Assembly: GCA_020137815.1 (NCBI GenBank)
Contig: CM035352.1
Span: forward strand, 6,386,001-6,450,000
Source of the DNA: Hormiphora californensis
Taxonomy: Eukaryota > Animalia > Ctenophora
Direction: 5' to 3'
DNA: 64,000 bases
The position numbers and the translations under genes are program-made. Position 1 is the stretch's first letter. Every line of letters starts with the position of its first letter. Under the pieces are notes generated by a model. The model saw only the letters and a program-made list of their open reading frames with translations, ran no database searches and was not told where the DNA came from. Shown piece by piece: positions 46,180 through 64,000 of this stretch.

Positions 46180-49100
46180 CTCTCTCTCTCTCTCTCTCTC
46201 TTTATATTTTCAGAGGACATATAGAGGATGTGATGGATATTTGTTGGTCGCCTGATGGGAAGAGTATTCTATCGGGTTCCATTGATAACAGTGCAATCGT
46301 TTGGGATGTAAAATCCGGTAAGAACGCTTGTAATATTCACAACACCGTTTTTCCGACAGCTGAGACTTGAAGTTGTCACCCAGGAATTTAGTTAGGAAAT
46401 CTGACTCTTACATTTCACAATAGAATTGAAACATGCTTGCAACATTTGCCTAGCTAGACTTCTGACTTTGTTTCGTGCGCCTCGCCCAAATGTAAAGGAG
46501 GGTTAGAACATAACAACGCATAACAATGCAACATACAAAATGTTCTAGAATAATGAACTATCTTTATTTGTTGTCAGGGAAGAAGTCGTTCATTCTAAAG
46601 GAACATGGTCACTATGTACAGGGTGTTGCCTGGGACCCTCTCTCGTACTACCTCTGTACTATATCTAGCGACAGGTGCAAACTTCGACATTTCTAAATTA
46701 TAATAAAAGAGATTCAATATCGAACTTTTTCTGAATTTGACAAACTATTCACTCTTACTCAGGACCTTGTTGGTGTACGAGGCAGCACGTTGCAACCTAC
46801 TTCATAATGTATCAAGGAATAAACAACTCAATAGTGAGGTTAAAAGTAACAAACTATTCGTTGAGGAGGGAGCTACAAAATATTTCAGAAGACTTGCTTT
46901 TAGCCCTGATGGTGCTTTTCTTCTTGTACCAGGTGAATAAGTGGATAAAAGTAGAAGGTTTATGCCCATGGCAACTAATAACAGGTGTTACTGTTATTTC
47001 CCGGTTATTACCGGATTCTTAGTTGAATTTTCTTACCGCTAAATCCAGTTTTTCTCATTCATCATTGTTATTACAGTCGGACCCCGATTTAGTGGCATCC
47101 TCGGGGGAAAAAAAATCCTGCCACTAAATCGGGGTGCCACTAAATCGGGGAGATCCATATTTGGCCCATAAAAACCTATTTTATGCCCAAAATGCTATAC
47201 TAGGACTAAAAACACCTCTAACTGTTATATGCAATATTCATGTATTGATGACATGATAATTTCTTTAGTAGAGGGGTTGTAGCACCGGGAGGTAATGAGT
47301 AAACACACACACACGCATTGAGCAAGCTCAATGTTTAGCTATTCTCCGGCTGGGTATAGGGCTGAGGTACTGGCAAGATATAGTAGGATCGCTACTGCCC
47401 ACATGTCAAGTTTATTCGGATATACAAGTTTAAAAGGTTGGGGGGTCACAGGGACCGTCTTAGCTTCGCTCCCCGTTAACATTGCCTGTAACCGGGGGTC
47501 CACTAAGCTCTCATATATACTCGGCCATTACTCCCAACCACTAGTAGTGGTTTTCAGTACATCTTATACTGGTAAATCCGTATAGAAACAATCCTTGTGT
47601 TTTAATAGCGATCACTCCGTATATCTTGCACTGACCCAGTATTACCACACATTAATTGTGCAATTGGCACTATGGGATTTCTCCACTGCGGCCGGCACTG
47701 TGAGTAATCAGTAGGGTGTGCTATTTTTCCCAACTCATAAATCAAATCCAATTTTCACAAAGTTTACCCCTAGAATGAGTTCCTACGATCATTCTAAAAC
47801 ATTTGGTAAAAAAATTTTAGTCCTACCCTGGCCCAATTACGTGGGCCGATGTATGCCCATATATGGGCATATTCATATCAAAAAATGTTTTTTGGGGCGT
47901 TATTTCGAAAAAACCACACATATGAATCGCCTCATGAGAACCAGTACAACCATTATTTCCAGTCTGCACCTTCAGAACTCCATTTTATAATGAAAATTTT
48001 ATTTTTTTTTCATCTTTTTTTCTTGCACATTTTCCTACTTTGCAGTATTAGTTGAGACGAATTTTAACTTTTTGAGATTTTATTTGTCGGAAACCAAATT
48101 CCGGTTGTAACCGACTACTTTTGACCTGCTGAACACGATCCCGTTCATGAAAAAGCTCTCAAAATTGAAGAAAATGGCCAAAATGAACATTTTTAGTCAA
48201 AAATGAACATTTTTGGTCCAAAATGAACATTTTCAGGTCAAAAATGACCTTTGGCTAACTTTCATGATACACATCCATTCTGATCGGTATCAAACCGCTG
48301 AACACGACCCTGACCATAAAAAGTTGATATCAAGAACATGCCAAACACTGGTGTAAAACACACATATTTTCCTTTTTTCGGTAAAAAAGTAAACTTTTTT
48401 AATCGCCTGGCCCACGTAATTGACATACACTATCCCAATTCCGTTTTCAGGATGTAGTAGACAATTGTCCATAGTTTCATATCTACCCTTAACCTTTTGG
48501 CCAAGTCGACAAAATTTTCACTTAGCACACCCTAGTAATCAGCCACTATATAAGCTACATCTTGGTTGCTAACCAGTCAATACATTAGTAGAGGGGTTGT
48601 AGCACCGGGAGGTAATGAGTAAACACACACACACGCATTGAGCAAGCTCAATGTTTAGCTATTCTCCGGCTGGGTATAGGGCTGAGGTACTGGCAAGATA
48701 TAGTAGGATCGCTACTGCCCACATGTCAAGTTTATTCGGATATACAAGTTTAAAAGGTTGGGGGGTCACAGGGACCGTCTTAGCTTCGCTCCCCGTTAAC
48801 ATTGCCTGTAACCGGGGGTCCACTAAGCTCTCATATATACTCGGCCATTACTCCCAACCACTAGTAGTGGTTTTCAGTACCTCTTATACTGGTAAATCCG
48901 TATAGAAACAATCCTTGTGTTTTAATAGCGATCACTCCGTATATCTTGCACTGACCCAGTATTACCACACATTAATTGTGCAATTGGCACTATGGGATTT
49001 CTCCACTGCGGCCGGCACTGTGAGTAATCAGCCACTATATAAGCTACATCTTGGTTGCTAACCAGTCAATACATTAGTAGAGGGGTTGTAGCACCGGGAG

Positions 49101-51154
49101 GTAATGAGTAAACACACACACACGCATTGAGCAAGCTCAATGTTTAGCTATTCTCCGGCTGGGTATAGGGCTGAGGTACTGGCAAGATATAGTAGGATGA
49201 TAATTTCTGATTAGAAATAGAAAACTTTAAAATAATTTTTTCAAAAAAATTGTGAAAAATTTTCTAAGTTATACAAGCCCGTCCGATTTGTGTTTCGAAT
49301 CGGTGCAGCTGACTGGATGTCCTGTCTAATTAGCAGGTTCGAAACGAACCGATACGTGATACCATGCCGAATCGGGGCACCCTAAGCGGGTGAGGAAGTA
49401 TCAAAATTTCAAAATAACTTTTTCTCTCAAAATTTATGGGGAGCACCGATCAAAGTATTGACAATCGTACTGTGAAATTTTGCAAAAAAGTTTTAAAATT
49501 TTTTTTAAAGTATACCAGCCACGTCCGAATCGTGTTTCGAATCGGTGCATCTTATCGCATGTCCTGCTGCTAATTAGACGGTTCAGAACGAATCGGAACG
49601 TGATCCCCATCGAATCGAAATTTTGACTCTTGGTGAACTTGAGATTCAATGGCCCCATGGGGATCACGTATCGGTTCGTTACGAACCGTCTAATTAGCAG
49701 TAGGATATGCGATAAGATTCACTGATTCGAAACACGATTTGGACGTGGCTGGTATTCCGTTGAAAAATTTTCAAAAAAATTTCAGAAAAATTTCACAAAA
49801 AAAATTCAAAAAAATTTTTGGGGGAAAAAAATCGTGCCACTAAATCGGGGTGCCACTAAATCGGGGGCCACTAAATCGGGGTCCGACTGTATTATTATCT
49901 TACAGCGGGTCAAGTTCCTACAGCCGATGATGTACAAAATGTAACATTCCTATTCGCTCGATCAAATCTTAAAACGTAGGTACCAGCAGTATCCAGTTCT
50001 ATTTTTTAGATAGATTCCTAGCGTGCCCTTCCGCTCAACTATTTGTTAATTGAGTAAATTAAATTTCCAGTTTAGTTGTTTAGTTCATTTAACACTCTGT
50101 ATCCCGCCCCATAGCCCCGTCTGCTACCTACCCGGTCCTCGCAAGCCTGTCTGTGTAGTACGGTGTTGTCCTGTCCTATTTGAGCTACGGAACAAACAAA
50201 CAGATAACAAACAACAACGATTTAAGTAAGTAAAAGGAGCTTTATCGCTGACCCCCTCCCATCCCCCACTGTTTTGGTACCAAATTGAGATTGCCTCTAA
50301 CTATAATATAACTAACCACTTTCCCCATTCCATCTCACATTTCAGATTACCCAACTGATTAATTCAAACCTCCTCAGGTTACCTTACAGAATAGTCTACG
50401 CAGTGGCGTCTCTTGGTGAAGTTATAATTTACGATACTGAGCAACTCACCCCTATATGTCTTGTATCTGATATCCACTACGCCTGTATAACTGACCTCGC
50501 ATGGTAAGTTCTAACCACCACCACCCCGGTCCTATTCCCTTCTATGTTAGTGCGCCAAATCCAAAAACAACAGCTATCAAGCTTGAAGCGGGCCAAAAAG
50601 CTTACATGCCCAGATTTGTCTTTTGTTCGCGCCAAAACTTTTCGTCGCGCGCGGTACGCTATCGGGTAGACTGGTGCGCGCGAACAAGGTCACGTGATCA
50701 ATTTTTGGAGCCCGAAAGCCAGAGTTCGAGTTCGGGCGTGCCACCACTTTGGTCAACGAGTGCGTCAAATATAATGGCTTCAACGACAAGTTTTTCTACT
50801 GGTCATTTGCTCTAGCTTCTACCATATATTCAAACTTCGACAAAAATGAATTCTAAACCTGTTTTGCTCGTTTTGCACCGGATGGATCGCCGTATTGCCG
50901 TTATAACACCACTCAGTGTATTATATGTGGTGCCCTGAGATTTGAATTTGCGCGGGAAACTAACCATCCCTCCCTTCAGGTCGAGTAATGGACGTGTTCT
51001 GATGATCACTTCATACGATGGCTTCTGTACTATCCTATCATTCGAACAAGATGAACTTGGTACATCCTACAGCAAAACCCCTTCTCCTCCTCCTCCATCG
51101 GAAATGGATGTTTCTTTGACAGACTCTAAAGAAAACGTGACAAATAACACGTGA
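45156..51154 (+). CDS. CHAF1B: Chromatin assembly factor 1 subunit B (CAF-1 p60, WD40), 10 exons
   Basis: Exons 45156-45278, 45436-45571, 45907-46030, 46214-46317, 46578-46674, 46763-46932, 49906-49975, 50115-50225, 50378-50503, 50980-51154. [111 protein letters not shown]. Confidence 0.93.
47265..49196. mobile_element. 2.25-copy tandem array of a 489-bp non-coding unit with 12-bp TSD (retrozyme-like insertion)
   Basis: Units start at 47265, 48585 and 49074 (third is 123 bp); atgataatttct at 47253-47264 and 49197-49208; copies 1 and 2 differ by one substitution seen. Confidence 0.75.
47712..48534. mobile_element. Non-autonomous hAT element nested in unit 1 of the 489-bp array
   Basis: 12-bp TIR TAGGGTGTGCTA, perfect 8-bp TSD gtaatcag; empty site visible in unit 2 at 49024-49031. 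Confidence 0.93.
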
Positions 51155-52554
51155 AATAAAGACAGAGAGAGCAAATTGGTTTAAGCATTGCGCCCTTTGA
51201 TTCTCAGTTGATAAAATTCTGTGAAAGCGGCGGTTTTCCGGCATTTTAATTGTAACAATTTTAATTGTTGTTTAAATGTTCCTAACTTCTGTGTTTTGTG
51301 GTTTCTCACATTTCTGATCTTCGTGAAATGGAATTGGATTCCCATTGCAGTGACGTCAAACAGGGCGAACCAATGAAGATAATGGCTGGATGACGAATGA
51401 AAGTGGCCACTAGTGGCATGATAATTTATATCTTAAATAGAAATCACTAAATGGATATTGATTTTGAATCTCTTGGGCCTTGACCCTTCTTGCAAAGTGG
51501 AAGAGAGTCACTTCCCCCAAAATTTTCCCACGCTTGAGTCTTTCAGAACGCGCCGCGCGCAGCAGCATGCTTCACTTGGGACCAAGGAGGACACTTTCAT
51601 TCCTGAATATGCTTCGCGCGCTACGTTTATTGAGACTGCTTCAGCCACCTGTGAGTGGCCACGGGCACTCTCTCTGTCACGGTATCGACAAATGCGTGAT
51701 TACTGTGTCACAAGTGCAGTAGCTCACGCGTTGGGTCTCCACCGCTTGCTCGTTACCGATTCCCCTAGGTCGAATTCGAGGTCCTTCCGCTTAATCATGG
51801 CTCCTAACTCCTACTGCAGACAAGCAGGCACTGCGGTTCAATTCAGACTTACTGTTAGTTAGGGGGCTAGATATTTCGTGAAATGACGAAACGTCGAGAA
51901 CAGCTGTTACTGGAACTGCAGTCGCTGACTCCGAGTGAGGGGTCGTTAAGTAAGCGGTTGTCTCCCCCGGTGAGCCGTTCTGGTTATCTGGTTTTCACTT
52001 TTCAGGCGTTCCCATCGTCCCTTGTCAAATTAGTGACAGAAATATACTCAATTCAATGTTGAAGGACGGCTACCCATTTAAACTCATAACTATCATGGAC
52101 CAGCAGTTATAGACTGGCTGAAATGCACATAATTATGGATAATTGAAAAAAGTCTACAAATGCAGTAGACCACGTTACCCATAGAGCTATTAGTAAATTC
52201 GTCCAATCACCAATGAGTGGTTAAAATCGGACCCCTGGTCGCTACTGCGGCACTATAATACGGCGCCACTATAATAAGACACAGAATTTAATCGGATGTT
52301 TTTAATCTCACTGATTTTTGAGAGTGAATGAACGCTTTAGGGGCTGTGTTTTCTCTCTCTCTGGTATTAAGTGATCAAAAGAGGGGGATAGAAAAAGAGA
52401 GAGAATAGTAGGGGAGTCTGAGCAACGGATTGCAACAGAGCTAGAGCAGCCTTATTAGTAAATTCGTATTGATTAATCCTTGTGCTCACGTGAACAACAA
52501 GACTCGTTGGGGGTTTATAGAGACGAGAGGGAGGGGAAGAGAGAGAGGGAGAGG

Positions 52555-52612
<58 letters not shown>

Positions 52613-53021
52613 GGGAGAGGGACGGTGAAAAGATGGTTAAAAACGAGAGTCTAACAGCTCCCACAAGTTCATCAAATACGATTTTAGATTTAATAATACA
52701 ACACCATGTAGTGCCTCTCCCTAGTCTTTTAGCTAGCTCCCACTGCCATTTAGTACCTACATGTGGCGTCCTCAATTAAGATCATGTGTCAAAAAGTTTA
52801 AGATCTAATAATTCTTAAACCCACTAAAGTAAATATATGTTTCTCTCTCTCACTGTCGACCTCTATCTCTCTTTCCCTTCTATCTCAAGTAATTTCTACT
52901 CAATTTGACAGGTGCAACCACGAGCAAATAACCAGTTAACCCAAATGAGAATTGCTATTTTTAAAGGTCATCTCCTGTCGGAAGAGAGCTGGAGATAGAG
53001 AGATAGATAGAGAGATAGAGC

Positions 53022-53109
<88 letters not shown>

Positions 53110-54183
53110 AACAGCGATGGAGTTTGATTTGACAGCAATAAATTGGTGTGGGGTTGAGCAGTTATTAGGTGACGTGACATGTGCCTAAGCTAGTCGAGAA
53201 GAGTAGAAATTAGCCATTCGCACGCGAGTATTACTTACCAATCAAAGTGTCATATTATATTAATATCTCTAACAGTCTCTCCCCCTCTCTCGCACTATCT
53301 TTCGTCCCTCATTTCTCCCAATCGAGCTAAAGTTCGTGGTTGTATGGCTCTAGTCGGGGAATGGGGAAATCCATGTGCAGAGCTCTCTGCAGAGTTTACT
53401 GTGACAAGTTCTAGACCCTAGTGAAGCTGAACAGTATCCCATTATGTACCTATTATATATCGAACTCGGTCAAAAAATGAGCATTTGGAGGCATTGAAGC
53501 GCGCATTTTATACGGAGTTCATTTCCGCGGTAAGTTATGAACAATCATTCTACTCTTCTCTCGGTCTTTTGTATCCCCTGTTCCTATTTGGACCACGTGT
53601 CTTCACAAAGCTCATGTTGGTCGCTATATGAGAATTATAGAATTTAGTGAAGGCTCCTAACTACAGAATATAAAACGCCAATTCAGCCAAGTCACATGTC
53701 TATTACTCTTCCTTTAATCTCTGATTTCTATTTCTCTTCCCCTCTCTCCCTCTCTCTCCCCCTCTCTATCTATCTATCTCAACGGAGAGAGGGTAGTATG
53801 AGCCATCTATCTTTTCTCCCTGATCATTGCGCAGGTAATTCTCGGGATTATCTAATGCAAAGGATTAAGGGGGTCCATTAACTAGAAATATAGATCTCCC
53901 CCCTAACATTCCTATTGCTCGGTTTAAATCATTACTTTCTACTCATTGTTTGTGGAGAGGGAGAGAGGGGAGAGGGGAGAGAGGGAGGGAGAGAAAGAGA
54001 GGATGATATGAATATAAAGGGAGCGGAGAGAGATAGATGGATTATGGTTGTTTCTCTAAAGTTAAACGATCTCTCATAGATCTCAATTTCTTAATTCTTT
54101 CCATCCTTTTGAACAGCTTCAGTTTAGCTCCAGATTAAGGAACACTGAATGAGCTGCGGGGATCGAGAAAAATAAAAGGAAAA

Positions 54184-54226
<43 letters not shown>

Positions 54227-54657
54227 GAGAGAGAGAGAGGGGGGAGATCCTCTGATCTACCAATGTAAAAAGGACCTTCCCTTCCCTATCTTTCCCCCTC
54301 TCTCTCCCCACTACCTAATCTGCATGACACTGACTTATGCTTGTAATCCAATGTCGCTTAGTTATCATAATCACAGCTAGCTCTTTCTTCGTTTTATTCG
54401 AAGGGCCCCAGCTGCTGCTATTAGTCTAATCGAGGAGAAAGAGATACTCCTCTCTCCCTCTATCTCTTTTATTCCCCCAAAAAGTGGGTCAATGATCCTC
54501 TCTGCTGGATCGAGCTGGTTGAAGACAATGACAGTTTGAGAACGACAAGGGTGACTTTGCTTAATGCTCCGGAATGAATATTGATCAGGATCCCTTTCTC
54601 TCCGGTTTTATAGTGGGAAAAGCGAAATAAAGTCTAAGAGAGTGGGAGAGTGAGAGA

Positions 54658-54759
<102 letters not shown>

Positions 54760-55328
54760 TAGAGAGAACTATATCAGTACAAATTTTGACCCATCAGACA
54801 GCTTGCTGTAAACCCAGACTGGGGGAGGCCATTACTAGTTACTACCTTTATTACATCAAATCAAGCATACCAGTCAGACTGCTGCTGCATCTAGTTACTG
54901 GGAAGTTTTTGTGCGAGAGAGATCGAGAAGGGGAGGAAGATAGATTGGTAATAGACATCCTGAGCTACCGATGGTTAAATTATATTCTTCTGATCTCGTA
55001 ATGCGCCGGCCGGTTAAGACAAAGGGTTAAACTCGAATGTAGTAGCTCACTAACTATAATCGGTCTATACAGGATTAACAAACCGTTTATATAATGCACT
55101 GGTTGGGTTATTATTTCCCTTCTTTGAGAGTAATTAAAGTAGGACAACTCTCATTTTGTCACATATCAACCAATCCAATCAATGGGGAATCAAGAGACTT
55201 CACACTAGGGCCGGGAACCGGGGAACATGATAACTGCAGGTTAACTACTACTTCACACTAGGGCCGGGAACACATGATAACTACAGGTTAACTACTACTG
55301 ATCAGTATTGCGAGGGGATATTAGTCGC

Positions 55329-55433
55329 CAGGAACCGACCGAAACAAGTAAACAACCAATCAGAACTCGTTATTTCGGTCACGTGACTGGTTATCAGCCA
55401 ATCAGGGACCAGTATTTCCTGATTCGGTCGGTT
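55329..55433 (+). mobile_element. 109-bp hAT-type MITE, copy 4 (right end truncated)
   Basis: Same sequence as copies 1-3, lacking the terminal CCTG. Confidence 0.85.
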
Positions 55434-55460
55434 GACAAAGCGAGAGGTAACTGTTACTGA

Positions 55461-57437
<1,977 letters not shown>

Positions 57438-57788
57438 CTGAGTGATTGGAAAGTGGGGGGATTTATTTTTTTTTAAAGGTTTTTTTTTTAAAACCCGGGC
57501 CCGAGAGAGAGAGATAGGAGAGAGAGAGATAGAGAGATGAGAGAGAGATGAGATGGATTGGATGGGATGTTAGAGAGGTGGAATGTCCCATGCACTTGTT
57601 GTTGTTCCAGAGAAAATCCCTCTCTTTCTCTCTCTCTCCCTTTCGCTTTCTCTCATGGCAGCTCGGGTGCGTGCTAACTTTTTGCAGATAATGGGTGGTT
57701 AAAAAATCATCACCTTTTAATTGGGCCTTAATCTTAAAAAAATTTTATTGCATTATTATAAACTAAATCATATTATGTTTGTACTTAC

Positions 57789-62938
<5,150 letters not shown>

Positions 62939-63110
62939 GCCCTCACCGCCGGCGCGTGGTGGATGTCTTGCGGAGGAGGTCAGCCATGATTCAACTGGAG
63001 TTCGGGCAAAATTTTACGGCGCGCTTCCGCGCGTTTTTTGCGCGTGACATCGCCGCGCGCTTAAAATAAACTTATTTCTAAATTTAATTTTCTCAAAGTT
63101 TAAAGTTAAG

Positions 63111-63403
63111 AGGGATCCCTAAAAAAGTTCAGTATTTACACAGCGTTTACACAGTCTTTACACAGTTGTTACACCCAGAGCGGCGCGTGCTGCGTTTTGC
63201 AGCTTTTTCTAAGAAAATAATGGATTGTGTGCTGCACAATTGAGTAAATTGAGCGCTGCGGCGAAAAAAGTTTCCGAAAACGCTGCAAATCGAGTGCGAA
63301 TGACGCAGTCTTTACACCCAGAGCGGCGCGGGCGCTCTGGGTGTAACGACTGTGTAAAGACTGTGTAAACGCTGTGTAAATACTGAACTTTTTTAGGGAT
63401 CCC
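63111..63403. mobile_element. MITE with ~55-bp TIR
   Basis: AGGGATCCCTAAAAAAGTTCAGTATTTACACAGCGTTTACACAGTCTTTACACAG and its reverse complement; TSD unclear. Confidence 0.8.
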
Positions 63404-63744
63404 TAGTCAAAGAAAAGTTTTCAAATTCCATCCTTGTTTTTTTTCTTCATTTTTTCCCTGCCCGGGTGAATGCCGAAGGCATTCACCCGGATGCCTTTTT
63501 ACTTTGTAAAAAGGCATAGCAGGGTTAGAATTCGAAAACGACATTTTGGTATACTAACTAATCGGTAGAGGGACATTTTTTGGTCACACTTTCGGTGTTC
63601 AAACTTTTCAACACTACTTTAAACAAATTAATTTGAGCAGGTAGATATGGTGATGTGACCGCCCCAAAGGGCAGAAAAGTGAAACGCTGATAATGAAGCC
63701 GATGTACGAAGACAAACGATTGGATAATATTCTTCGCTTACCGT

Positions 63745-64000
63745 AGCGTCAACGTAGAAGACGCCCTGAGGGATATTGAAGACAGAGAGGCAGAGCTCAC
63801 GCACATCGAGCTCTCCCCTGCAGCCATAGAAGGTGCACTAAAGGAACTCAACCCACAGTCTGCAGCTCCTAAGGGCGACATCCCATCTATTATCCTACAT
63901 GAGGCCAGGGAGCAACTATGCTACCCACTGTGGATACTGTGGAATGCGTCCTTTGATCGTGGATTCATCCCCGATGAGCTGAAGAGGCAACAGATTGCCC
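63745..64000 (+). mobile_element. 5'-truncated CR1 ORF2 fragment running off the window
   Basis: Translates IEGALKELNPQSAAPKGDIPSIILHEAREQLCYPLWILWNASFDRGFIPDELKRQQI, homologous to the pre-RT region of the CR1 at 34581-37556. Confidence 0.8.

Larger units (their letters stand above)
47074..49889. mobile_element. TA-flanked non-autonomous pogo/Tc1-mariner-type element in CHAF1B intron 6, host of two nested insertions
   Basis: TA-CAGTCGGACCCCGATTTAGTGGC ... GCCACTAAATCGGGGTCCGACTG-TA; repeated gccactaaatcggg subterminal motifs. Confidence 0.88.

Noticed and set aside
47331-48905. Identical 84-aa ORFs in the 489-bp unit
   Set aside because: No recognisable domain; identity reflects the tandem duplication.
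48757-49040. Ribozyme-like words in the 489-bp unit (GGGGGGUCACAG, GUCCACUAAGC, minus-strand CUGAUUA..GAAA)
   Set aside because: The required HDV P3/P1.1, twister P2/T1 and hammerhead C3-G8 and stem II pairings could not be completed by eye.
51458-51862. 134-aa + strand ORF after CHAF1B
   Set aside because: Non-ATG start, no domain similarity recognised and no splice support.

Overview
Eukaryotic, intron-rich genomic DNA with many (GA/CT)n microsatellites. It is probably a ctenophore (Pleurobrachia/Hormiphora-like); this is inferred from recall of the 109-bp CAGGAACCGACCGA repeat, short introns and the GPCR style, and is not verified. Host genes: a secreted, probably GPI-anchored YHYH-domain protein (+, 1071-6703); a P5B-type ATPase (-, 16198-11355) whose 3' half lies outside the window, so the YHYH gene and a LINE sit in its intron; UBIAD1 (+); CHAF1B (+); TM3-TM7 exons of a rhodopsin-class GPCR (-); and two exons of a CUT/HNF1-like helix-turn-helix factor (-). 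Mobile DNA: two LINEs with intact ORF2 (L2-like and CR1-like), a CR1 fragment, two non-autonomous Helitrons, and piggyBac, Kolobok-like, hAT and Tc1/mariner-type MITEs. Most notable: (1) a 2.25-copy head-to-tail array of a self-complementary 489-nt unit flanked by a 12-bp TSD, the architecture expected of a circular-RNA/retrozyme insertion, with no recognisable ribozyme core; (2) in-phase -1 slippery heptamers in the ORF1/ORF2 overlap of both LINEs; (3) same-strand interleaving of the HTH gene and the GPCR; (4) a 7.7-kb Helitron loaded with nested palindromes of a TTGGCGCCAA satellite. All coordinates were read by eye, and about 22.6-28.4 kb looks like poorly polished sequence.
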